From positions 1 through 64,000 of IMG/VR virus record IMGVR_UViG_3300027770_001980: 64,000 nt of DNA; one strand, written 5' to 3'. A program made the position numbers and the translations under genes. Position 1 is the stretch's first letter. Each line of letters opens with the position of its first letter. Below the pieces are notes generated by a model. It had not been told where the DNA came from. It did no database searches and was given only the letters and a program-made list of their open reading frames with translations. This document shows positions 8,026 to 14,429 of the stretch, in pieces.

Positions 8026-8100
8026 GTGTCTTTAGTGTAGTGGCCTGCACCCTGCTCTGTGAAAGCGGTAGTACCGGATCGATACCGGTAAGGCACCCCA
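8025..8100 (+). tRNA. tRNA-His(GTG)
   Basis: G-1 and C73, CTGCT-ctGTGaa-AGCGG. Confidence 0.88.
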
Positions 8101-8143
8101 ATATTTATTGTAGAGCATAAATACATTTATAAGGTGCTCTGCA

Positions 8144-8527
8144 ATGTTAAACTCAATATGTAAAAATTGTTCAAAAGAATTTATTAAAGGTCGAAATACA
8201 ACAGGGACATACTGTTCACTACCTTGCACTTTTGAATCTCAAAAAAAAGAAAGAAGAGAAAATTTCTTAGAAGGAAAAATGGTTAACCGTGGATTAATGA
8301 AACAACATATGGTTGATATTCACAGTTGGCAATGTATGTGTTGTAAAAACACTGAATGGTTAGGAGTGCCAATTCCGTTGGAGTTGGATCACATTGATGG
8401 TAATGCAGGAGACAATCGACCTGAAAATTTGCGATTGCTATGTCCAAACTGCCATGCACAGACTCCAACACATAAAGCAAAGAATAAAGGCAATGGCCGC
8501 GGGAGTCGCGGATTGCCCTGGTATTAA
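8144..8527 (+). CDS. HNH endonuclease
   Basis: LELDHIDGNAGDNRPENLRLLCPNCHAQT with Cys pairs. Confidence 0.85.
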   Translation: MLNSICKNCSKEFIKGRNTTGTYCSLPCTFESQKKERRENFLEGKMVNRGLMKQHMVDIHSWQCMCCKNTEWLGVPIPLELDHIDGNAGDNRPENLRLLCPNCHAQTPTHKAKNKGNGRGSRGLPWY

Positions 8528-8529
8528 TT

Positions 8530-8603
8530 CCTCTTGTAGTTAAATGGTATAACGGCCTCTTGATAAGTGGTTATTACAAGTTCGATTCTTGTCGAGAGGA
8601 CCA
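8530..8603 (+). tRNA. tRNA-Ile(GAT)
   Basis: ttGATaa loop, ACCA. Confidence 0.85.
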
Positions 8604-8610
8604 AGTTTAC

Positions 8611-8685
8611 GCCTGGTTAGTTCAGCGGAAGAACGTCTGCCCGATTAGCGGAATGTTGTAGGTTCGACTCCTACACCGGGTACCA
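8611..8685 (+). tRNA. tRNA-Ile(GAT)-like with variant loop
   Basis: TCTGC-ccGATta-GCGGA (C33, U37); otherwise a normal cloverleaf. Confidence 0.7.
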
Positions 8686-8692
8686 AATCAAT

Positions 8693-8767
8693 GCGCCCGT
8701 AGTATAATGGATAATACACTAGGCTACGAACTTAGGAATGGTGGTTCGATTCCATCCGGGCGCACCA
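8693..8767 (+). tRNA. tRNA-Arg(ACG)
   Basis: CTAGG-ctACGaa-CTTAG. Confidence 0.9.
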
Positions 8768-8775
8768 ATAGTTAA

Positions 8776-8865
8776 GGAAGCGTGGCAGAGCCCGGCTTAT
8801 TGCAGCAGTCTTGAAAACTGCCGACCCGAAAGGGTCCGTGAGTTCGAATCTCACCGCTTCCGCCA
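8776..8865 (+). tRNA. tRNA-Ser(TGA)
   Basis: GCAGT-ctTGAaa-ACTGC, long variable arm. Confidence 0.92.
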
Positions 8866-8882
8866 ATACAATAAATAAGTCT

Positions 8883-9626
8883 ATGCGAATACATGAACTT
8901 ATTGTAGAAACTACTGAGGAAGATCGTGCTATCATTAGCCTTGCTGATGTTATCTATAAGGATCTACAGCAATATGCTGATACAGAATTAGACTACGATG
9001 AAACAGGTGTGATGCACATTGGACGCATCGGTGATCTGTTTGATACTCCGATTCCCGGACTTGATCGCGTGAGATTAGAAATATCTTCAGATGAGTCCAT
9101 AGTGGATCTGGCACGTAGACTTCACGGTAAGGCTACACCGTCAGATAGTCATTTTGGACAATGGGATCCTATGGAGAAGGCGATATCTTTAAATGCTGAT
9201 TACTTGAGCTCTAATCGTATGCGTAGTGTCATAGCACATGAATTAAGACATGCCATGGACGATATGAAATCGTTGAATAGGGCTAACCAAAGTACACGAT
9301 ATCGTACAGCAAGGAAGCCCGAGCATCAAGCAGATAAAGATGGTGCTTATCAAGCACAACCTGCAGAAATCAATGCTAGGTTTATCGAAGCGTTGAATGT
9401 GTTAGTGCCCGTCATACCAAAGTTGGCAAATTTAGAACCTGCTGCATTTAGAACAAAGATGACAGCATATATAAACAAAGCATTTGAACTTAAAGACATC
9501 GCAGATTATTATCCAGAAAAGACAGCAAGTCCACACTATAAGAGATTGCTGCAACGAGCATGGGCTTTTATTGAAAAAGAGCTGGCTCACATACGATCAC
9601 AAACAGTTGACACAGCGGCGGAATAA
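8883..9626 (+). CDS. putative Zn metallopeptidase-like protein
   Basis: HExxH (AHELRH) plus downstream EINA; start moved to MRIHEL because the track start lies inside the tRNA. Confidence 0.55.
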   Translation: MRIHELIVETTEEDRAIISLADVIYKDLQQYADTELDYDETGVMHIGRIGDLFDTPIPGLDRVRLEISSDESIVDLARRLHGKATPSDSHFGQWDPMEKAISLNADYLSSNRMRSVIAHELRHAMDDMKSLNRANQSTRYRTARKPEHQADKDGAYQAQPAEINARFIEALNVLVPVIPKLANLEPAAFRTKMTAYINKAFELKDIADYYPEKTASPHYKRLLQRAWAFIEKELAHIRSQTVDTAAE

Positions 9627-9635
9627 GTATATAAT
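9607..9635 (+). promoter_or_regulatory. sigma70 promoter (internal to array)
   Basis: TTGACA-17-TATAAT. Confidence 0.8.
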
Positions 9636-9641
9636 ATACTT

Positions 9642-9750
9642 GCGACCGTGAGTGGAACATGGCAGACCTCCGGACCGGGGATTCTCGGCGAGGGATGGGG
9701 CGAAGTCTTAGACACAGCCTTTGTAGGTTCAAACCCTACCGGTCGTACCA
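9642..9750 (+). ncRNA. Leu-type tRNA-like RNA with expanded central domain (109 nt)
   Basis: GCGACCG/CGGTCGT acceptor + ACCA, Leu-like D-loop, T-arm; no canonical anticodon arm. Confidence 0.6.
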
Positions 9751-9762
9751 GTTAAGAATTAA

Positions 9763-9851
9763 GGAATGGTCCCATAATGGTATTGGAGCAGATTGCTAAT
9801 CTGTCGGTCGTTTAATACGGCTTCCGAGTTCGAGTCTCGGTCATTCCGCCA
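9763..9851 (+). tRNA. tRNA-Ser(GCT)
   Basis: GCAGA-ttGCTaa-TCTGT, long variable arm. Confidence 0.9.
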
Positions 9852-9872
9852 AGTTGATAAAAGAAGAATTAT

Positions 9873-10670
9873 ATGATTTTAGATTGTGTTACATTTTTTA
9901 ATGAGTTAGAATTATTAGAGGGTAGATTAGAATACCTGTATGATACCGTAGACTATTTTATCATAGTTGAAAGTGATACAACTCATAGTGGTCACCCTAA
10001 ACCTTTAAACTATTTGCCTAACATACAGAGATATAAAAAATATCTGGACAAGATAATTTATTTTCCGTATCCGGCAGAAATTAAAGATCTAAATATCGAT
10101 CAAACTCTTGATAAATTTGATTACGATTCCGCACATTGGAAAATAGAGAAAAGACAAAGAAGTCATATTCTTAATGCGATAAAATTTTTCAAGGATGACG
10201 ATATAGTATTGATCAGTGATGTTGATGAGATTCCTTCTAAATCTGCTATCGAGATAGCATCCGAGCAGTTAGGAAAATCAGCAGCAGCATTTTCATTATC
10301 ACAGGATTTTTTCTTTTATAATTTTGCTCAGAGGCAAAGTTTTCCGTGGAAAGGTACTGTTGTTTCTACAAACAAATTTGTTCAACAACAAGGTCCGCAG
10401 TGGCTTCGTGATATGCGTTGGGATATTCCAACAATATTTCAAGGTGGATATCATTTGAGCTACTGGGGTGATCCAGAACGTATCGCAACTAAGATACAGA
10501 ACTTTGCACATCAGGAACTCAACAAAGAAACCTTTACAGATACCGAACGTATAAAAGAAAGAATTAAATCAGGTAACGATCCGTTTGATCGTCAACCATT
10601 GATTCCTGTAGAACCGGAATCAATTCCAAAAGACATTTATGACATATTCAACAAATATGGCAGTAGTTAA
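9873..10670 (+). CDS. GT17-family (GnT-III-like) glycosyltransferase
   Basis: FFNELELLEGRL, VESDTTHSG, SDVDEIP, GYHLSY, KIQNFAHQE. Confidence 0.8.
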   Translation: MILDCVTFFNELELLEGRLEYLYDTVDYFIIVESDTTHSGHPKPLNYLPNIQRYKKYLDKIIYFPYPAEIKDLNIDQTLDKFDYDSAHWKIEKRQRSHILNAIKFFKDDDIVLISDVDEIPSKSAIEIASEQLGKSAAAFSLSQDFFFYNFAQRQSFPWKGTVVSTNKFVQQQGPQWLRDMRWDIPTIFQGGYHLSYWGDPERIATKIQNFAHQELNKETFTDTERIKERIKSGNDPFDRQPLIPVEPESIPKDIYDIFNKYGSS

Positions 10671-10674
10671 TTTG

Positions 10675-10763
10675 TATCTCTGGTGTAATGGTATTGGAGC
10701 GGATTGCTAATCCGTCGAGTTGCGAAAGCAGCTTTCTGAGTTCGAGTCTCAGTCATTCCGCCA
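10675..10763 (+). pseudogene. chimeric tRNA-Ser(GCT) with foreign 5' end
   Basis: D-loop to CCA resembles the 9763 Ser; 5' TATCTCT cannot pair with 3' TCATTCC. Confidence 0.7.
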
Positions 10764-10770
10764 AATAAAT

Positions 10771-10847
10771 GAGTCAGTAGTTCCAATTGGCAGAACGTTG
10801 GTCTCCAAAACCAAATGTTGTAGGTTCAAATCCTACCTGGCTCGCCA
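10771..10847 (+). tRNA. tRNA-Trp(CCA)
   Basis: TTGGT-ctCCAaa-ACCAA. Confidence 0.92.
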
Positions 10848-10871
10848 AACAAAGATAGTAAATAATAGTAT

Positions 10872-10945
10872 GCGGGTATGATGTAAAGGTAACCTGAAAC
10901 CTTGCCAAGGTTTATTTGAGAGTTCGATTCTCTCTACCCGCTCCA
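10872..10945 (+). tRNA. tRNA-Gly(GCC), copy 2
   Basis: AAACC-ttGCCaa-GGTTT. Confidence 0.9.
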
Positions 10946-10949
10946 AATA

Positions 10950-11045
10950 GGCCGGACCTGTATCCATATTCCGGCTCCGCTGACGCGAAAACAGGATGGG
11001 CTGCGCTCACGGGGTTTGATTGTTTCCCGACACAACAATAACAAT
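10950..11045 (+). ncRNA. unassigned pseudoknot-forming RNA
   Basis: GCCGGA/TCCGGC stem whose loop CCTGT can pair with ACAGG (10991-95). Confidence 0.4.
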
Positions 11046-11059
11046 CACCAAACATATGG

Positions 11060-11104
11060 CCTCACCCTCTAGCAACATAGTTCTACGGTGAGGTTTTCTT
11101 TTTT
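11060..11104 (+). terminator. terminator-like hairpin inside array
   Basis: CCTCACC/GGTGAGG with a long loop, followed by a T-rich tract. Confidence 0.45.
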
Positions 11105-11165
11105 AGGATAGCAACAGCAAACATTTAAAAACTTTTCTTGAACAAAAGCCAAAAATGCTATCCTG
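11105..11165 (+). ncRNA. CAGCAA-handle RNA E4
   Basis: AGGATAGCA/TGCTATCCT helix, ACAGCAAA, hairpin CTTTT-ctTGAac-AAAAG. Confidence 0.7.
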
Positions 11166-11174
11166 TTTTATTAT

Positions 11175-11250
11175 GCCATAGTAGCTCCAATGGTAGAGCA
11201 GCGGACTGAAAATTCGTGTGTTGCTGGTTCGAATCCAGCCTATGGTACCA
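11175..11250 (+). tRNA. tRNA-Phe(GAA)
   Basis: GCGGA-ctGAAaa-TTCGT. Confidence 0.92.
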
Positions 11251-11258
11251 ATTTATAA

Positions 11259-11266
11259 TATAAATA
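11259..11266 (+). promoter_or_regulatory. T4-like late promoter TATAAATA
   Basis: Exact octamer just upstream of the ATG; it also occurs at 13684, 49547, 52268 (+) and 27083, 44861, 51988 (-). Confidence 0.6.
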
Positions 11267-11271
11267 TTTTT

Positions 11272-11991
11272 ATGAAAATTGCAATATTACTATCCGGACA
11301 ACCAAGATTTACTCAAGAGTTTCAATTATTTTTAGATAATTTAGTAGGTTATGATCAAGCAGATTGGTTTGTTTACATGACCAATAATAATCACGATCCT
11401 TTTAAAGATAATCGCATTAAAATTCCAGAGACCTGGATAAATTATGAAATAGATTGGGCCAGAGAGACTATAACAAGAAATCTTCCTCCTAACAATTTTC
11501 TCAGACGTTTCGAAATATCGAATGTACACGAACAAATTTTTCCAACTCTTCGAGAAGAACATCTATCTGGTAATCAAGCTATTTTCAAAATGCACTATAA
11601 TATATTTAAAACAAATCAATTAAGAGAAGAATATGAAACCTCTTATAATTTTAAATACGATGCAATTGTTAGAGCCCGCCCCGATGTTGGACTTAATCAG
11701 ATAATAGATCTTCGAAAATTTGATTTGTCGACCAGGGGAGTCTTTATGCCTTGCCCTTTTTATGGACACCCAGGGAGAGAGTCTAATGATTTGATTGGAT
11801 TTGGTAATTCGGAGGTCATGTCTATTTACAGTAATGCCTTACATCATTTCAAAGAATATAGTGATGCTGGAGAAATAGTTTGCCCTGAAACACTATTATC
11901 ACGGCACTTGATTACAAATAATGTATCACGTATAAAATCTGATTTTAGTCACATTTTTCGAACTCTGCCTTTAGATCCTAAATGGTTTTGA
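11272..11991 (+). CDS. glycosyltransferase-like protein, paralog 1
   Basis: MKIAILLSGQPRF...KYDAIVRARPD...NDLIGFG; start reassigned out of tRNA-Phe. Confidence 0.6.
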   Translation: MKIAILLSGQPRFTQEFQLFLDNLVGYDQADWFVYMTNNNHDPFKDNRIKIPETWINYEIDWARETITRNLPPNNFLRRFEISNVHEQIFPTLREEHLSGNQAIFKMHYNIFKTNQLREEYETSYNFKYDAIVRARPDVGLNQIIDLRKFDLSTRGVFMPCPFYGHPGRESNDLIGFGNSEVMSIYSNALHHFKEYSDAGEIVCPETLLSRHLITNNVSRIKSDFSHIFRTLPLDPKWF

Positions 11992-12010
11992 GTGTCTGAA
12001 CTAATTACAT

Positions 12011-12097
12011 GGAAGATAGAAGTGCCGGGCACTAAGCAACTTGGAAAGTTGTTCCACTCTGAAAGGGGTGACAGTTCGACTCTGTTATCTTCCTCCA
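12011..12097 (+). tRNA. tRNA-Ser(GGA)
   Basis: GCAAC-ttGGAaa-GTTGT, long variable arm, atypical D-arm. Confidence 0.8.
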
Positions 12098-12117
12098 ACA
12101 CACTAAAGGAGCATAAC

Positions 12118-12180
12118 ATGTTAGTAATAGGATTATTAGTAATCATGGGTATGCTCTATTTGATTATTAGAAAGTTATAA
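12118..12180 (+). CDS. 20-aa hydrophobic peptide
   Basis: AAGGAG RBS; MLVIGLLVIMGMLYLIIRKL*. Confidence 0.5.
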   Translation: MLVIGLLVIMGMLYLIIRKL

Positions 12181-12181
12181 T

Positions 12182-12257
12182 GGTAGAGTAGCATAGCGGC
12201 TAATGCACCAGCTTCATACGCTGTCGATCGTGGGTTCGAGTCCCACCTCTACTACCA
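12182..12257 (+). tRNA. tRNA-Met(CAT)
   Basis: CAGC-ttCATac-GCTG. Confidence 0.85.
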
Positions 12258-12262
12258 ATCAA

Positions 12263-12382
12263 TGTCGTTGTCGTCTAATGGTAGGACGCTTATAAAAGGT
12301 TATCCTGTTAAGGATACAGTCAGCACAATCAAATTCCATGTCAAGGAAGAGATCTGGGTTCGAATCCCAGCTGCGACCCCCA
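12263..12382 (+). ncRNA. tRNA-like RNA with branched anticodon domain (~120 nt)
   Basis: Acceptor, D-arm, T-arm and CCA present; the centre holds TATCC-TGTTAA-GGATA and TTCC-atGTCaa-GGAA hairpins. Confidence 0.65.
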
Positions 12383-12388
12383 GTTTAT

Positions 12389-12464
12389 GTACATGAGCCC
12401 GAAGATTGAGGGTACCGTTAATTGAGACGGCGAAAGGCGATTGAGATGATACCCATGTACGCCA
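12389..12464 (+). ncRNA. 76-nt tRNA-like RNA lacking a TPsiC loop
   Basis: Perfect GTACATG/CATGTAC + GCCA; GCCC/GGGT and CCGTT/GACGG arms. Confidence 0.55.
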
Positions 12465-12466
12465 AG

Positions 12467-12615
12467 TTTCGAGATAGACGTAGAGATCGAGTCCCCTGTA
12501 CGCTAGTGCCCTATTTCTTGAGCATGACACACCAGTAGCAGTATCGGGTCAAGCAAAACTCTCTCATACGAGACAAACCAATGAGTCCTTGAGAAAGATA
12601 GTTGGAGGCTCGAAA
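12467..12615 (+). ncRNA. unassigned structured RNA (~150 nt)
   Basis: TTTCGAG/CTCGAAA closure; CTTGA/TCAAG and CTCAT/ATGAG helices. Confidence 0.45.
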
Positions 12616-12623
12616 ACCTATAT

Positions 12624-12709
12624 GCTCTGGTGCAGGGAATTGGAAGACCGGCAACGTTGAGAACGTTGTGACCTAACAGGTGTGGGTTCGAGTCCCACCC
12701 AGAGCACCA
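12624..12709 (+). tRNA. tRNA-Leu(GAG)
   Basis: CAACG-ttGAGaa-CGTTG. Confidence 0.88.
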
Positions 12710-12713
12710 ATTT

Positions 12714-12787
12714 AGTTCCTTAGTTTAATGGCAGAACACTACCTCGACACGGTGACAATGAAAGTTCGATTCTTTCAGGAACTACCA
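12714..12787 (+). tRNA. tRNA-Val(GAC)
   Basis: TACC-tcGACac-GGTG (C33 variant). Confidence 0.8.
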
Positions 12788-12877
12788 TATATAAAAACAT
12801 ATTAGGCCCTCGGTCGTAGACTTGAGTTGCGGGTATAGTGCCTTCCAAGCCGTGGACTCGAATGTGTTTTTATATAT
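12787..12877 (+). repeat. inverted-repeat-bracketed cassette B4
   Basis: ATATATAAAAACATATT / AATGTGTTTTTATATAT (17 bp); cargo has tRNA-Gly-like GCGGGTATAGT and GC-ctTCCaa-GC. Confidence 0.75.
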
Positions 12878-12905
12878 GAAAGTTCGATTCTTTCAGGAAC
12901 TACCA
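12876..12905 (+). repeat. 30-bp direct repeat of the tRNA-Val 3' end
   Basis: ATGAAAGTTCGATTCTTTCAGGAACTACCA, identical to 12758-12787. Confidence 0.9.
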
Positions 12906-12906
12906 A

Positions 12907-12981
12907 CTCTCTATAGTTCAATGGATAGAACACATTCCTCCTAAGAATGGGATGCAGGTTCGATTCCTGCTGGAGAGACCA
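12907..12981 (+). tRNA. tRNA-Arg(CCT)
   Basis: CATTC-ctCCTaa-GAATG. Confidence 0.92.
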
Positions 12982-12993
12982 AATAAATATTAT

Positions 12994-13070
12994 GCCCCGT
13001 TACGCTAATTGGTAGTGCGGATTCTCTCAAAAGGAGTTGGCTGTCTGTTCGAATCAGACACGGGGTACCA
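12994..13070 (+). tRNA. tRNA-Leu(CAA), short variable arm
   Basis: ATTCT-ctCAAaa-GGAGT; 77 nt. Confidence 0.78.
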
Positions 13071-13075
13071 CTTAT

Positions 13076-13150
13076 CGGTCTTTAGTGAAATGGATATCAT
13101 CTTTGTCTTCGAAACAAAAGTTGTGGGTTCGATCCCTGCAAGACCGGCCA
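13076..13150 (+). tRNA. tRNA-Arg(TCG)
   Basis: TTTGT-ctTCGaa-ACAAA. Confidence 0.9.
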
Positions 13151-13154
13151 ATCT

Positions 13155-13228
13155 GCTCCTATAGGTAAATGGTATACCAGCACTTTGGTAAAGTGCAATT
13201 ACAAGTTCGATTCTTGTTAGGAGCACCA
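13155..13228 (+). tRNA. tRNA-Thr(GGT)
   Basis: GCACT-ttGGTaa-AGTGC. Confidence 0.9.
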
Positions 13229-13236
13229 AAAAAAAC

Positions 13237-13265
13237 TTGACACACCGACAGAAATACAGTATAAT
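13237..13265 (+). promoter_or_regulatory. sigma70 promoter (internal to array)
   Basis: TTGACA-17-TATAAT. Confidence 0.8.
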
Positions 13266-13330
13266 TACTACATAGACAGCAAACGATAGAGTTAGTTGTT
13301 GTGTGTTCATTAACAATACAAGTTGGTTTT

Positions 13331-13414
13331 GCGGGTGTGGTGGAATGGTATACACAGCAGACTTAAAATCTGCCGCTGAAAAGCATGCCGGTTCGAGTCC
13401 GGCCACCCGCACCA
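13331..13414 (+). tRNA. tRNA-Leu(TAA)
   Basis: GCAGA-ctTAAaa-TCTGC. Confidence 0.92.
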
Positions 13415-13518
13415 TATTGAAACACATTGTGGAGAGCACTGTGTAGATTGAGAAGGTTTGATTCCGACTCACTACATCACTCGGTATCCTGCGGCCGCAA
13501 CAGTGTGCTTCAATATGG
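13412..13518 (+). repeat. inverted-repeat-bracketed cassette B5
   Basis: CCATATTGAAACACATTGT / ACAGTGTGCTTCAATATGG; cargo TGTAG/CTACA helix with GGTTTGATTCC T-loop mimic. Confidence 0.75.
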
Positions 13519-13522
13519 TGTT

Positions 13523-13641
13523 ATATTAAAATATACTTTTCGTCTCCAGTAGCCCAAACCCGGGGGAATCGCATATTGAGAATGTGCATAGCACAACGGT
13601 ACAGCAAGCATAAGACACTTGTTGGAAGTATGTTTTAATAT
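13523..13641 (+). repeat. inverted-repeat-bracketed cassette B6
   Basis: ATATTAAAATATACTT / AAGTATGTTTTAATAT; cargo GCATATT/AATGTGC hairpin. Confidence 0.72.
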
Positions 13642-13647
13642 GATTCC

Positions 13648-13680
13648 CTGGCGTTCGTATAATGGATAATACAGGGGATT
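13648..13680 (+). pseudogene. 5' half of a split tRNA-Arg(TCT)
   Basis: CTGGCGT acceptor strand, D-arm, GGGGA-TT; its partner half is at 14447-14488. Confidence 0.8.
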
Positions 13681-13698
13681 TAGTATAAATAGATATAT

Positions 13699-13775
13699 GC
13701 GACTGTAGCTCAGTTGGATAGAGTACCCGGCTTCTACCCGGATTGTCGGGGGTTCGAATCCCTCCAGTCGCACCA
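13699..13775 (+). tRNA. tRNA-Arg(TCT), replacement copy inside the insertion
   Basis: CCGG-ctTCTac-CCGG, full cloverleaf. Confidence 0.88.
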
Positions 13776-13790
13776 TTTAGTAGAAAATGT

Positions 13791-14429
13791 ATGTATCAAA
13801 AACTAACAAACTGTAAGCATTGTAATATCTCTTTAGAGAGTATGAATGCCAACGAAAGGGCAAACCATTCGAGATGGTGTACATCAAACCCTAAACGGGT
13901 TGAATATGTAAATGCGCTGGCCAAGCATAGAGAAAATATTGTCGCTCCTCGAAATCAATTTGTTAAAGCAAAAGACGAGGGACGACCTGTTCCAAAAGGA
14001 ACAATGACCGGAAAACCCGGAACGATGTTAGGTAAGAAACATTCTCTGGAAACAAAGCAACATCTTAAAGAAAAAGCGTTAGCAAGCCCACATAGAAGAT
14101 TAGTTAGGTCCATTAGAAAATATACACAAAAGGATGGAACTATTGTTAATTTAGATTCTTCTTGGGAAGAAGCATTGGCAATTCGCCTTGATGAACTTAA
14201 TGTTAATTGGATCCGACCCAAGCCGATAAAATGGATAGATGACAATGGTATAACCCATAACTATTTTCCAGACTTTTATCTTGTTGATTTCGACGTATAT
14301 TTAGATCCAAAAAATCCTTATGCTATTAAGGCACAGGAAAGCAAAATAAAATGTTTGACAAAACAGATAAAAAATCTTATAATCATAAGAGGATTAGAAG
14401 AGTGTAAAAATTATACCCCTATAGTTTAA
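13791..14429 (+). CDS. putative homing endonuclease (NUMOD3-like repeat + PD-(D/E)xK domain)
   Basis: GKKHSLETKQHL; DSSWE...YFPDFYL...YLDPKN. Confidence 0.7.
   Translation: MYQKLTNCKHCNISLESMNANERANHSRWCTSNPKRVEYVNALAKHRENIVAPRNQFVKAKDEGRPVPKGTMTGKPGTMLGKKHSLETKQHLKEKALASPHRRLVRSIRKYTQKDGTIVNLDSSWEEALAIRLDELNVNWIRPKPIKWIDDNGITHNYFPDFYLVDFDVYLDPKNPYAIKAQESKIKCLTKQIKNLIIIRGLEECKNYTPIV

Noticed and set aside
10950-11000. HDV-like/theta ribozyme 3' of tRNA-Gly
   Set aside because: P1- and P2-like pairings and a GCGAA segment are present, but only 8 nt remain for P3/L3 (about 13 needed) and no G follows P1 to form P1.1. Kept only as an unassigned pseudoknot.
12570-12615. Hammerhead ribozyme (TGAGTCC...GAAA)
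   Set aside because: The CUGANGA core is absent and stem II does not close properly.
13270-13325. Extra CAGCAA-family members at ~5045, ~13278 and ~13601
   Set aside because: CAGCAA is present, but there is no closing terminal helix at the conserved 10-nt offset.
5541-13776. ORF-track ORFs overlapping tRNAs (e.g. 5541-, 5636-, 5917+, 6402+, 6470-, 8732-, 12300-, 13005-, 13510-)
   Set aside because: These are translations of tRNA genes or their antisense strands; no RBS and no protein motifs.
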